Source: Pseudomonadota bacterium | Lineage (GTDB): Bacteria; Pseudomonadota; Alphaproteobacteria; Rickettsiales; UBA6187 | Reading direction: 5' to 3' | Assembly: GCA_027620075.1 (NCBI GenBank) | Contig: JAQCEY010000002.1 | Location: forward strand, 104,358 to 168,357 | DNA length: 64,000 nucleotides | Shown here: positions 47,869 through 57,029 of the stretch, piece after piece | Layout of the letters: every line of letters starts with the position of its first letter | Position numbering within the stretch: position 1 is the stretch's first letter | Notes under the pieces: generated by a model | Database searches by the model: none | What the model was told of the DNA's origin: nothing | Seen by the model: the letters and a program-made list of their open reading frames with translations, nothing else | Made by a program: the position numbers and the translations under genes

Positions 47869-47932
47869 GTCACCCCTGCTAGCCTTTTGAGGGTCTTATG
47901 CACGTTAAGAGATGCTGAAATACAAGCATGAC
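47869..47932. repeat. Type A repeat, copy A3 (diverged)
   Basis: GTCACCCCTGCTAGCCTTTTGAGGGTC...GATGCTGAAATACAAGCATGAC. Confidence 0.6.
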
Positions 47933-48094
47933 ACGGTTAGTTTATTTACACCGAATATATTACAAAATCAAATTTATAATAAAATTCGGTTATTTTCATA
48001 ATCAAAAATTCTTGGGTCATAGTCGCTATAATTCTTGCAAAATATGACAAAAAACAATATACAGGCACTACTTAAAAATATAAGGATTTACATA

Positions 48095-49108
48095 ATGTCA
48101 TACAAAATAGCGGTAGCCGGTGCTACGGGTAATGTCGGAAGGGAAATATTGAGCATTTTATGGGAACGTAAATTCCCTGTTTCCGAAGTGGTTGCACTTG
48201 CCTCAAAGAATTCAAAAGGTCAGAATGTCAGCTTTGGTGATACGAAGATATTAAAGGCTCAGGTTCTGGATGATTATGATTTTACCGGTACGGACATTGC
48301 GTTATTTTCACCCGGCGGTGCGGTATCTGCAATTCATGCTCCGCGTGCTGCCAAGGCAGGTTGTGTCGTGATAGATAATACTTCATATTTCCGTATGGAT
48401 CCGGACGTGCCTTTGGTTGTGCCTGAGGTTAACCCTGATGCTATTGCCGATTATAAGAAAAAAAATATAATAGCAAACCCTAACTGTTCTACCATACAGA
48501 TGCTTGTTGCGTTAAAGCCGTTACATGACGTATCAAGGATAAAAAGGATAGTGGTGTCTACATATCAATCGGTCTCAGGTGCGGGCAAGTCTGCAATGGA
48601 CGAGTTGTTCAACCAGACTAAGGGTATTTACATGAACCAAAAATTACCTCCGATAAATTTTTCACGCCAGATGGCATTTAACGTAATTCCGCAAATAGAT
48701 GTTTTTGCCGATGATGACTATACGAAGGAAGAGTTAAAAATGGTTAATGAGACTCACAAGATACTTGACCCTAATATAGGTGTTAGCGTTACTTGTGTGA
48801 GGGTTCCGGTATTTAACTGCCATGCCGAATCTATAAATATAGAGTTTGAAAGCCCTATGGAAGTCGCAACGGCAAGGGAAATCCTGCGTGAGGCAAGCGG
48901 TGTAACCGTTATTGACAACCCTATTGAAGGTCATTATGCAACCCCTATAGAGTGTGCAAGGGAAGATGATGTTTTTGTTTCACGCATAAGAAAAGACAAA
49001 ACAGTTGAAAATGGTCTTAACATTTGGGTAGTTTCTGATAATGTAAGAAAAGGGGCTGCGTTAAATGCCGTACAGATAGCGGAAAAACTTATAGAAAGTT
49101 ATTTATAA
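48095..49108 (+). CDS. asd: Aspartate-semialdehyde dehydrogenase
   Basis: MSYKIAVAGATGNVG begins at the ATG at 48095, preceded by an AAGGA RBS. It has the active-site NPNCST and SGAG motifs. Confidence 0.93.
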   Translation: MSYKIAVAGATGNVGREILSILWERKFPVSEVVALASKNSKGQNVSFGDTKILKAQVLDDYDFTGTDIALFSPGGAVSAIHAPRAAKAGCVVIDNTSYFRMDPDVPLVVPEVNPDAIADYKKKNIIANPNCSTIQMLVALKPLHDVSRIKRIVVSTYQSVSGAGKSAMDELFNQTKGIYMNQKLPPINFSRQMAFNVIPQIDVFADDDYTKEELKMVNETHKILDPNIGVSVTCVRVPVFNCHAESINIEFESPMEVATAREILREASGVTVIDNPIEGHYATPIECAREDDVFVSRIRKDKTVENGLNIWVVSDNVRKGAALNAVQIAEKLIESYL

Positions 49109-49150
49109 TATATATAAACTCTAAAGTGCATTTAACGAAAACACCATATA

Positions 49151-50974
49151 ATGTTATTTGGACAAAAGAGTATGAATTTATATATAAGAATTTTATTTTT
49201 TAGTTTTGCGGTTATTCTTTTTAAGCCGGACTTCTCATATGCCCGTCCTACTGTTGAGGAAATAGAGGAATTTATTTTCGAGCAGCGTAAACTAAATAAG
49301 ACCCCCGACCTTATTAAAAAGTTCGGTACTGATTTTACGGAACTTTTCTTATCCAGCACAGACCTTAGCGGAGTTAATTTAAGCGGGGCAAATTTGCGTG
49401 AGGCAAGTTTATACGGAGCTAACCTTAGTAATGCTAATTTATCAAAGGTGAACCTTATCGAATCCGACCTTACATCGGCTAACCTTAATGGCGCGGACTT
49501 TTCATATACCGACCTTACCAACTGTGATATCCGAGAATCCACTGCCGAAAATACTAACTTCCGGCATTCAAAGTTAAAGAACGTATCATTTTTTAACAGC
49601 AAGCTGAACAAGGCTGATTTTTATAAGGCAAATCTTGAAAATATAAAGCTTCATGGTTCCGAATTAAAGGGCGTTAACTTTAATGAGGCAAACATGTACG
49701 GAGCCGACCTCAAAGAATCTAATCTGGAGAGGGCTAATTTTGTCGATGCGTATTTGGAAAGTTCGGACTTTCAGGGAGCAAGGGCGTTTTATACTAACTT
49801 TAAATCCGCCGATATGACGGGAGCTTTGATATCGCGGGCAAAGTTCTACAAGGCAAATTTAAGCAATACTCAGATTACCGATACGATTGCGTATTATTCT
49901 ATTTTCCAAAGCTCCGACATGTCTGAAAGTGACTTAAGCAGATCAAATTTTTCCGGCTCTAATATAAAGTCTGTGAATTTACGTAAAGCTATCGCTAACA
50001 AAACCGATTTTACAGGTGCTAACCTTGAGGATTCAAATTTACTTTTTTTACAGGCAGTCGAGTCTGAGTTTAAAAGTGCAAACATGACCAGAACAAAGCT
50101 TGCCGGAGCTAATCTTGAGAAGTCTTCATTTTATGAAACTATTTTACGTCTTTCCGATCTTACAAATGCGAATTTAAAATCGGTAAGTTTTGACAAGACC
50201 GATTTAAGGTCGGTCAATTTAAAGGACAGTGACTTGAGGCAAGCTGCAATATGGAACTCCGACCTTATAGGAGCAAAGTTTGATAACTCTAACCTTCAGG
50301 GAGCGAACGTACGCTATTCTAACTTTGCAAAAACAGATATTTCAAACTCTAATCTTAAGAATATGTTATTGTTTAGTACTATGGGTCTTGAGACCAGAAT
50401 CAAAGAGTTGCAGGAACTTGGCGTATTCACCTCCGTAAAAGATATAGAGAAGGCCTTACAAGAAAAGAAGGATCTATCTTATATGAATATGGAAGATCTT
50501 GACTTAACGGGTATAAATTTAAGCGGTGCTAATCTTTCTTACGGATTATTTGAGAAAACCAATTTTACGGACGCTATCTTAAATCAGGTTAATTTCAAAG
50601 GTGCGGATCTTTCCAGAGCTAATCTGGAAAAGGCAACCATACAAATGGCTAATTTTGAGGATGCCATACTAAACAGAACCTACATGCGCGGTTCCAAGCT
50701 GGACAAAGCAAATTTTACTAACGCTGACATGAGGGGAGCCGAGTTATGGCGTTCAAGCCTTGTCGGAGCGAATTTTACTAACACCAACCTTGAGGGTACT
50801 AACCTGATACAGAGCAATTTATATAAGGCACAGTTTGTAAACACTCGTATGCACAGAACGGATACCAGCGGAGCTATCCTATATAAAGCTACTTTAAAGG
50901 ACGTTAGGGGCATTACTAAGAACGGTCTTGAGCAGATAATTGTACGGACTAAAGTAAAACCGAAACTTGATTAA
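49151..50974 (+). CDS. Large exported pentapeptide-repeat protein
   Basis: 607 aa with a signal-like N-terminus, LYIRILFFSFAVILFKPDFSYA. It has two long blocks of A(D/N)LxX pentapeptides (e.g. ANLSNANLSKVNLIESDLTSANLNGADFSYTDL) separated by a ~50-aa linker. Confidence 0.85.
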   Translation: MLFGQKSMNLYIRILFFSFAVILFKPDFSYARPTVEEIEEFIFEQRKLNKTPDLIKKFGTDFTELFLSSTDLSGVNLSGANLREASLYGANLSNANLSKVNLIESDLTSANLNGADFSYTDLTNCDIRESTAENTNFRHSKLKNVSFFNSKLNKADFYKANLENIKLHGSELKGVNFNEANMYGADLKESNLERANFVDAYLESSDFQGARAFYTNFKSADMTGALISRAKFYKANLSNTQITDTIAYYSIFQSSDMSESDLSRSNFSGSNIKSVNLRKAIANKTDFTGANLEDSNLLFLQAVESEFKSANMTRTKLAGANLEKSSFYETILRLSDLTNANLKSVSFDKTDLRSVNLKDSDLRQAAIWNSDLIGAKFDNSNLQGANVRYSNFAKTDISNSNLKNMLLFSTMGLETRIKELQELGVFTSVKDIEKALQEKKDLSYMNMEDLDLTGINLSGANLSYGLFEKTNFTDAILNQVNFKGADLSRANLEKATIQMANFEDAILNRTYMRGSKLDKANFTNADMRGAELWRSSLVGANFTNTNLEGTNLIQSNLYKAQFVNTRMHRTDTSGAILYKATLKDVRGITKNGLEQIIVRTKVKPKLD

Positions 50975-51758
50975 TGATATGGCAAAAAACAAAACTGCAT
51001 TGATTACCGGTTCAACAAGCGGTATCGGACGGGGCATAGCGGAAGTTATGGCTCAAAACGGATATAACATTGTTATAAACGGTTTTGGCGATGCGGAAGA
51101 AATTAAAGAATTACAAAAATCTCTCGAACAAAGCGGAATATCCACATTATATTCCGATGCCGATATGACCAAGCCTGAGCAGATTTATAAAATGGTTGAT
51201 GATACGGTCAATAAGTTCGGCTCGATTGACCTGCTTGTAAACAACGCAGGCATACAGCATGTAGACAATATTGAAGATTTCCCTAATGAGAAATGGGACG
51301 CTATAATTGCTATAAACCTTTCTTCATCTTTTCATACTATAAAGGCTGCCGTTCCTTATATGCAAAAGCAGAATTTCGGTCGCATAGTGAATATAGCTTC
51401 TGCACACGGTTTAGTGGCCTCACCGAAAAAAGCCGCTTATGTTGCGGCAAAACACGGGATTATCGGTCTTACAAAGGTAGTTGCACTGGAAAATGCGGAA
51501 TCTGAAATTACCTGCAATGCTATTTGCCCGGGCTGGGTATTAACCCGGCTTGTACAAAAACAGATAGATGCAATTGCCGCAAATGAAAATATATCCATAA
51601 AAGAGGCGGAAATAAAACTTCTCTCGGAAAAACAGCCTGCAAAGAAATTTGTTCAGGTTCACCAGATAGGTAACATGGTTAACTTTTTATGTACCCAAGA
51701 AGCCGGAACTATAACAGGCTCTTCAATATCGATAGATGGCGGCTGGACGGCAAAATAA
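50967..51758 (+). CDS. bdhA: 3-hydroxybutyrate dehydrogenase (SDR family)
   Basis: 263 aa with TGSTSGIG, NNAG and the YVAAKHG catalytic YxxxK. The likely start is 50979 (MAKNKTALITG). Confidence 0.8.
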   Translation: MINDMAKNKTALITGSTSGIGRGIAEVMAQNGYNIVINGFGDAEEIKELQKSLEQSGISTLYSDADMTKPEQIYKMVDDTVNKFGSIDLLVNNAGIQHVDNIEDFPNEKWDAIIAINLSSSFHTIKAAVPYMQKQNFGRIVNIASAHGLVASPKKAAYVAAKHGIIGLTKVVALENAESEITCNAICPGWVLTRLVQKQIDAIAANENISIKEAEIKLLSEKQPAKKFVQVHQIGNMVNFLCTQEAGTITGSSISIDGGWTAK

Positions 51759-52142
51759 TTATCGTTCCGAATGTTGCCAACTTTCGATTTCTCTTCTTTC
51801 ATCTTCCAGTTCCTGCCAATATCTTTTGGCAAGTTGCGGTGCATAATTTTCTGCATAAGAATAGTCGATACGGTTTTTTAATTTAGATAATGAAGAATGT
51901 GCCTCTTTCATACTAACTTCACCGCCTTTTTCATAGATGGATTTATCATAATCGGGAGATTCAATATCGACAAACTGATCAAAATCACTTTCTTTTGCGG
52001 TCAGGTCGCTGTTTTTTAAATTTTCAATATTCAACTGAACAGGCTCATTTTTTTGCCTGAGAATCATAGGTTTTGGTTTCTGCTTAGAAACCTCGCAGGA
52101 ATGCAGTTTATTATACTCAAAAAGAACCTCGGGATGTGTCAT
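51759..52142 (-). CDS. Hypothetical protein (ORFan) downstream of gatB
   Basis: 127-aa ORF, 22 nt after the gatB stop on the same strand. I recognise no motifs. Confidence 0.4.
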   Translation of the reverse strand: MTHPEVLFEYNKLHSCEVSKQKPKPMILRQKNEPVQLNIENLKNSDLTAKESDFDQFVDIESPDYDKSIYEKGGEVSMKEAHSSLSKLKNRIDYSYAENYAPQLAKRYWQELEDERREIESWQHSER

Positions 52143-52164
52143 AATATATACTCTGTTTGCAAGC

Positions 52165-53622
52165 CTAGGCAGCCAGCTTTTTCTTTAATATTTCGTTTAC
52201 CACCTGTGGATTGGCTTTTCCTTGCGAAGCTTTCATGGTTTGTCCTACAAAGAACCCGAATAATTTATCCTTACCCGAACGGTATTGTTCAACTTTATCC
52301 TGATTTGAGTCTAATATCTCGTCTATCATTTGTTCTATAGCACCCGTATCGGTAACTTGTTTAAGACCTTTTTCCTCAACTATAGAATCTGCGTCCTTAC
52401 CGGTTTCATACATGATGGCAAAAACTTCCTTGGCTATCTTGCCGGATATCGTATTATCCTTAATAAGATCAAGAAGACCGCCTAATTGCTTAGCTGAAAC
52501 AGGAGAGTCCTCAATATCATTACCGCCTTTTTTCAAAGCACCGAACAATTCCCCCGTCACCCAGTTAGCGGCAAGTTTAGGGTCGTGTCCTTTTGCCACT
52601 TCCTCGAAATACTCTGCGGTCGTCTTATCGGCTACGATAACAGAAGCATCATAAGCTGAAAGCCCCATATGTATCACGTAACGTTCTTTTTTTTCGTCAG
52701 GCAATTCCGGCAGTGTATCACGCAATTTTTGTACATATTCTTCTGTAAGCTCTAAAGGAAGTAAATCAGGGTCGGGGAAGTAGCGATAGTCATGAGCATC
52801 TTCCTTGCTTCTCATTGTTCTTGTTTCTCCCTTTACCGAATCAAAAAGACGTGTTTCCTGATCTATCTTGCCGCCTGTTTCATATGCTTCCACATGGCGG
52901 TTTGCCTCATATGCTATAGCCTGCTGTAAGAAACGCACCGAGTTGAGGTTTTTTATCTCACATCTGGTACGCAGCTCATCGGAACCTACGGGACGCACCG
53001 AAACGTTAGCGTCACAACGCATAGAGCCTTTCTCCATATCACCGTCACAAGTTCCCAGATAACGCAGAATAGTGCGTAATTTTTTCATATATTCGGCGGC
53101 TTCCTCACCCGAACGCATATCGGGTTTTGAAACTATCTCCATTAAAGCGATGCCAGAACGATTCAGGTCTATGAACGAGCTGTCGGGGGACTGGTCGTGC
53201 ATTGATTTTCCTGCGTCCTGCTCAATATGGATACGCTCAACGCCTACTTCACGTGTGGAACCGTCTTTCATATCAAGCACAACAGTTCCCTCGCCCACTA
53301 TGGGGTCGGAAAATTGCGATATCTGATATCCTTGCGGCAGGTCTGCATAAAAATAGTTTTTTCTGTCAAATATGGAGCGTAAATTTATTTTTGCCTTTAA
53401 GCCCAAACCGGTACGCACCGCCTGACGCACACATTCTTTATTTATCACCGGCAGCATTCCGGGCATAGCGGCATCTACAAGTGATACCTGCGTGTTCGGC
53501 TCCGCTCCGAAGAAAGTTGATGAGCCTGAGAATAATTTTGATTCCGAGGTTATCTGGGCATGTACTTCAAGTCCTATTACAATTTCCCAGTCGCCCGTAT
53601 TTCCTTTAATAATCTGTGTCAT
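52165..53622 (-). CDS. gatB: Asp/Glu-tRNA amidotransferase subunit B
   Basis: 485 aa with [20 protein letters not shown] and [10 protein letters not shown]. Confidence 0.95.
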   Translation of the reverse strand: MTQIIKGNTGDWEIVIGLEVHAQITSESKLFSGSSTFFGAEPNTQVSLVDAAMPGMLPVINKECVRQAVRTGLGLKAKINLRSIFDRKNYFYADLPQGYQISQFSDPIVGEGTVVLDMKDGSTREVGVERIHIEQDAGKSMHDQSPDSSFIDLNRSGIALMEIVSKPDMRSGEEAAEYMKKLRTILRYLGTCDGDMEKGSMRCDANVSVRPVGSDELRTRCEIKNLNSVRFLQQAIAYEANRHVEAYETGGKIDQETRLFDSVKGETRTMRSKEDAHDYRYFPDPDLLPLELTEEYVQKLRDTLPELPDEKKERYVIHMGLSAYDASVIVADKTTAEYFEEVAKGHDPKLAANWVTGELFGALKKGGNDIEDSPVSAKQLGGLLDLIKDNTISGKIAKEVFAIMYETGKDADSIVEEKGLKQVTDTGAIEQMIDEILDSNQDKVEQYRSGKDKLFGFFVGQTMKASQGKANPQVVNEILKKKLAA

Positions 53623-53678
53623 AATATAGTTTCTAGTTATTGGTTATTATTAATTCGTTTTTTAAAACAGTCCCACAT

Positions 53679-53729
53679 GTCACTCCCCGCTTTAATTGAG
53701 AGAAGATCCACGCATAAAGCGGGGATGAC
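53679..53729. repeat. GTCA...TGAC palindromic element. Its right 36 nt (53694-53729) form the left inverted repeat flanking the GIY-YIG gene.
   Basis: GTCACTCCCCGCTTTAATTGAGAGAAGATCCACGCATAAAGCGGGGATGAC. The reverse complement of 53694-53729 matches 54046-54081 at 34 of 36 positions. Confidence 0.85.
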
Positions 53730-53732
53730 AGT

Positions 53733-54026
53733 TTAGGTTATTTTCGTATATAAATCTTCCCATGTCGGATTCATTTGTTCTATTACTTTTATTTTCCAAT
53801 CTCTGCTCCGGCGTTTTAACCTTTTTTCTCTGTTTATTGCAACTTCCACTTCTTCAAACACTTCGTAATAGACAAGAGTTTTTGTATTATATTTTTTAGT
53901 AAAGCCTTCTACCACATTATTTTTATGCTCATAAACCCTTTTTACTAAATTTGATGTTACACCTGTATAAAAAACACCTTCTTTTTTATTTGTAAGAATA
54001 TAAACATAATAATTCTTGCTGTTCAT
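53733..54026 (-). CDS. Small GIY-YIG nuclease family protein (COG2827/UPF0213-like)
   Basis: 97 aa. YYVYILTN...GVFYTGVTSNLVKRVYEHK...REKRLK corresponds to the GIY / YIG / Arg / Glu motifs. Confidence 0.82.
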   Translation of the reverse strand: MNSKNYYVYILTNKKEGVFYTGVTSNLVKRVYEHKNNVVEGFTKKYNTKTLVYYEVFEEVEVAINREKRLKRRSRDWKIKVIEQMNPTWEDLYTKIT

Positions 54027-54045
54027 ATAATTAACTTAAAAACTT

Positions 54046-54081
54046 GTCATCCCCGCTTTATGCGGGGATCTTCTGTCAATT
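54046..54081. repeat. Right inverted repeat flanking the GIY-YIG gene
   Basis: GTCATCCCCGCTTTATGCGGGGATCTTCTGTCAATT. Both stem arms and the following CTT match hairpin 1 of type B repeats (GTCATCCCCG-N7-CGGGGATCTT). Confidence 0.85.
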
Positions 54082-54098
54082 TAACAAGATTCTCTTCT

Positions 54099-54455
54099 CT
54101 AATTTGTTTTGAATCCTACAGGAACGGTAAATTTTATCCTGCTGATAGTTTCCGTACTTTTTTCGTCTTCTTTGCCTTTTTCACCTTTCACGCCTCCCTT
54201 GGCGTTCACTACGAATATCTTAGCGTCCGCCGAAACCTCACCTGAAGTTTTACTGGTTTTGGTAGTTGAATCCATTACCTGTACGGCAATATCAAATGCG
54301 ACTTCCTGTCTGTCCACCTCGTTTTCCACACGTGAATCATATGCAGAAGGAGCTATACATCCCTTTGAAGATTTATCTATCTCCTTACCGGCATCATAAA
54401 CACCCTCTACTATATCAACCAGTGATTTTTTTATAAATGATTTAAGTTCAAGCAT
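54099..54455 (-). CDS. Small hypothetical protein with a trypco2-like sequence pattern
   Basis: 118 aa with an N-terminal helix (LKSFIKKSLVDIVEGV), then EVAFDIAVQV...KIFVVNAKGGVKGEKG...ISRIKFTVPV. This resembles, from memory, the trypsin-co-occurring domain 2 pattern. It needs an HMM check. Confidence 0.45.
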   Translation of the reverse strand: MLELKSFIKKSLVDIVEGVYDAGKEIDKSSKGCIAPSAYDSRVENEVDRQEVAFDIAVQVMDSTTKTSKTSGEVSADAKIFVVNAKGGVKGEKGKEDEKSTETISRIKFTVPVGFKTN

Positions 54456-54517
54456 TTTTATGTCCTTTTTTTGTTGTCACCATGAAAGCCGCTATCAAGA
54501 TAGCAGTTTAACCTTTC

Positions 54518-55975
54518 CTAAAGCCCCTTAAACTCGGCAGCCTTTTCTAACGTACCTGCTACCTTGAACAGCGTTTCCTCATCAAACGACCTTCCGATTA
54601 ATTGTAATCCAAGCGGCAGACCTTCACTGTTCAAGCCTGTAGGGATTGACATTCCCGGCAATCCTGCCAAAGATGCAGGAACGGTGAAAACGTCATTTAA
54701 GTACATAGTTACAGGATCCATTTTTTCACCTGCTGCAAAAGCTGCCGTAGGGGTTGCCGGGGTCAGGATAACATCGCATTTTTTATAAGCATCGTCAAAA
54801 TCCCTTGCTATCAGCGTACGTATTTTTTGTGCCTTCTTATAATACGCATCATAATATCCTGCCGATAACACATATGTGCCTATCATGAGACGGCGTTTTA
54901 CCTCGTCACCGAAACCCTCGGAGCGTGTTGCCTCATACATTTCATCTAGTGACATACCTTTTTCAAGAACACGTAAACCATAGCGTACACCGTCATAGCG
55001 TGAAAGATTGGCGGAGGCTTCCGCAGGGGCGATAATATAATAGGTAGGCAATGCATATTTTGTATGCGGCAATGATATATCTACAATCTTTGCACCTGCC
55101 GCTTTTAGCATATTCTTGCCGTTTTCCCATAATTTCTCTATTTCAGGTGACATGCCGTCTTGATGGTATTCTTTAGGGATACCTATTTTCAAACCTTTGA
55201 TATCTTTTCCCACCGCCTTGGAAAATCCCGGAGTTTCCATAGGGGTTGAGGTGGAATCTTTTTCATCATATCCGCAAATTGCTTCAAGCATTATGGAGGC
55301 ATCTTTTACCGAACGTGTAAACACGCCTGCCTGATCAAGCGAGCTTGCAAAAGCTATCATGCCCCAGCGTGAACAGCGTCCGTATGTAGGCTTAATTCCC
55401 ACATTGCCGCAAAATGCCGCAGGCTGACGGATAGAACCACCCGTATCACTTCCCAACGCACCCATGCATAAGTGAGCCGAAACAGCCGCAGCAGAACCGC
55501 CAGACGAACCGCCCGGCACAAGGGCAGTATCATCACCTTTTCTTTTCCATGGGTTTTTTACAGAACCGTAATAGCTGTTAAGGTTACCCGAACCCATGGC
55601 AAATTCGTCCATATTAGTCTTACCCAGCATTACCGCACCTTGCGAAAACAAATTAGCCGTAACGGTTGATTCATAAGTAGGCGTGAACCCGTCCAAAATG
55701 TGCGAGCATGATGTTGACCTAACCCCTTTGGTGCAGAACAGGTCTTTTACACCTACAGGGATACCTTCTAATTTACCTACCTTGCCTTCTTTACGCCTTT
55801 TATCGGATTCCTTTGCCTGCTGTAAGGCTATTTCCGGTGTTTTGACCACGAACGCATTGAGGTCTTCTTTTTCCACTGCGTCTATATGGGTCTTTGTCAA
55901 CTCTTCAGAGGTAAAGTCTCCATTCTTTAATCCGGCTAATGCTTCTGCTATTGTAAGTCTGTTTAGTTGTGTCAT
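54518..55975 (-). CDS. gatA: Asp/Glu-tRNA amidotransferase subunit A
   Basis: 485 aa with the amidase signature [11 protein letters not shown] and [10 protein letters not shown]. Confidence 0.95.
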   Translation of the reverse strand: MTQLNRLTIAEALAGLKNGDFTSEELTKTHIDAVEKEDLNAFVVKTPEIALQQAKESDKRRKEGKVGKLEGIPVGVKDLFCTKGVRSTSCSHILDGFTPTYESTVTANLFSQGAVMLGKTNMDEFAMGSGNLNSYYGSVKNPWKRKGDDTALVPGGSSGGSAAAVSAHLCMGALGSDTGGSIRQPAAFCGNVGIKPTYGRCSRWGMIAFASSLDQAGVFTRSVKDASIMLEAICGYDEKDSTSTPMETPGFSKAVGKDIKGLKIGIPKEYHQDGMSPEIEKLWENGKNMLKAAGAKIVDISLPHTKYALPTYYIIAPAEASANLSRYDGVRYGLRVLEKGMSLDEMYEATRSEGFGDEVKRRLMIGTYVLSAGYYDAYYKKAQKIRTLIARDFDDAYKKCDVILTPATPTAAFAAGEKMDPVTMYLNDVFTVPASLAGLPGMSIPTGLNSEGLPLGLQLIGRSFDEETLFKVAGTLEKAAEFKGL

Positions 55976-55992
55976 TATTTTTTCCTTGTTGT

Positions 55993-56059
55993 GTCACACT
56001 GAATTTATTTCAGTATCTCCTTTTAATTTCATTAGATGCTGAAACAAGTTCAGCATGAC
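55993..56059. repeat. Type A double-hairpin repeat, copy A4, in the gatC-gatA intercistronic spacer
   Basis: GTCACACTGAATTTATTTCAGTAT...GATGCTGAAACAAGTTCAGCATGAC. Confidence 0.8.
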
Positions 56060-56063
56060 ATTG

Positions 56064-56351
56064 CTATTCCACTACCTTAGGCACTACGAAATAGCCGTAT
56101 TGACTGCTTGGAGCGTTTGCTAAAATATCATCACGGCAACCGCCGTCAGTTACTTTATCTTCACGGCTGGGTGACTGCATATTTACTACCGATGCCATAG
56201 GTGGAACTTTGTCGGTATTGACCTCCTGTAACTGCTCTATCCATTTCAGTATGTTTGAAAGTTCTTCTTGAAAATGTACTACTTTTTCATCTGTTAATTT
56301 GATTCGTGATAGTTTTGCTATCTTTCTTACTTCTTTTTCTGATAAAGACAT
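56064..56351 (-). CDS. gatC: Asp/Glu-tRNA amidotransferase subunit C
   Basis: MSLSEKEVRKIAKLSRIKLTDEKVVHFQEELSNILKWIEQL... (95 aa) starts at the ATG at 56351. The longer track ORF reaching 56552 overlaps ruvX and is rejected. Confidence 0.9.
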   Translation of the reverse strand: MSLSEKEVRKIAKLSRIKLTDEKVVHFQEELSNILKWIEQLQEVNTDKVPPMASVVNMQSPSREDKVTDGGCRDDILANAPSSQYGYFVVPKVVE

Positions 56352-56421
56352 GCTATTTTCTCTGTTTTTACAATAATAAGGGTAATATTTATTAATACTT
56401 ATAGGCGATAAAATCAAGTAA

Positions 56422-56877
56422 ATGATAACTATTAACACAAAAGAGTTCTTTGAACACATACAAAAAAGCGGTGCTTTGCTGGGTCTGGATATGGGAAAAG
56501 CCAAGATAGGGATTGCGATATGTGATGCCGAGCGTATTATCTCAAGCCCCATGGAGATATATCAGCGTCGCAATATGAGCAAGGATATGGGGCATTTAGG
56601 CAAGCTTTGTACTGATAACCGCATTGTTGCAATAGTTATCGGCTTGCCGTTGGAGATGGACGGCTCGGAAAATGAGAACTGCGAATCGGTGCGTAATTTT
56701 GCCGATAAGCTGAATAAGAAAACAGGTCTTCCAATATTGCTAAAAGATGAACGTATGTCAACTGCGGCGGCAACGCGTGCGTTATCTGAAACCGGCATGA
56801 CACGCAAAAAACGGCAGGGATTGGACGATAAGGTGGCGGCAAGTATTATCTTGCAATCTGCTATTGAAACAAAATAA
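56422..56877 (+). CDS. ruvX: Putative pre-16S rRNA nuclease / Holliday junction resolvase-like YqgF (RuvX)
   Basis: 151 aa with LLGLDMGKAKIGIAICD and VIGLPLEMDGSE. Confidence 0.85.
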   Translation: MITINTKEFFEHIQKSGALLGLDMGKAKIGIAICDAERIISSPMEIYQRRNMSKDMGHLGKLCTDNRIVAIVIGLPLEMDGSENENCESVRNFADKLNKKTGLPILLKDERMSTAAATRALSETGMTRKKRQGLDDKVAASIILQSAIETK

Positions 56878-57029
56878 AAATCCCCATACTTAATAAAACA
56901 TTTAAATTTTTTAATAAAAAACCAAATGAAAACTCAAGATATTTCTGCTTTTTTATGCTACAATGTCGTTTTATGTTTTAGCGGTAAAACAAGCGTAAGT
57001 TTTTAAATAAATACTATATAAATTGCTGC

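Noticed and set aside
49132-49611. 159-aa minus-strand ORF overlapping the start of the pentapeptide-repeat gene
   Set aside because: It is an antisense reading of the pentapeptide repeats, giving a periodic low-complexity product (..LRLAPYKLASRKFAPLKLTPLRS..). The plus-strand protein has a coherent repeat structure and a signal peptide.
56352-56552. N-terminal 67-aa extension of the gatC ORF in the track (56064..56552)
   Set aside because: The extension overlaps the start of ruvX on the other strand and is hydrophobic junk-like sequence. GatC-like sequence begins at the internal Met (MSLSEKEVRKIAKL) at 56351.
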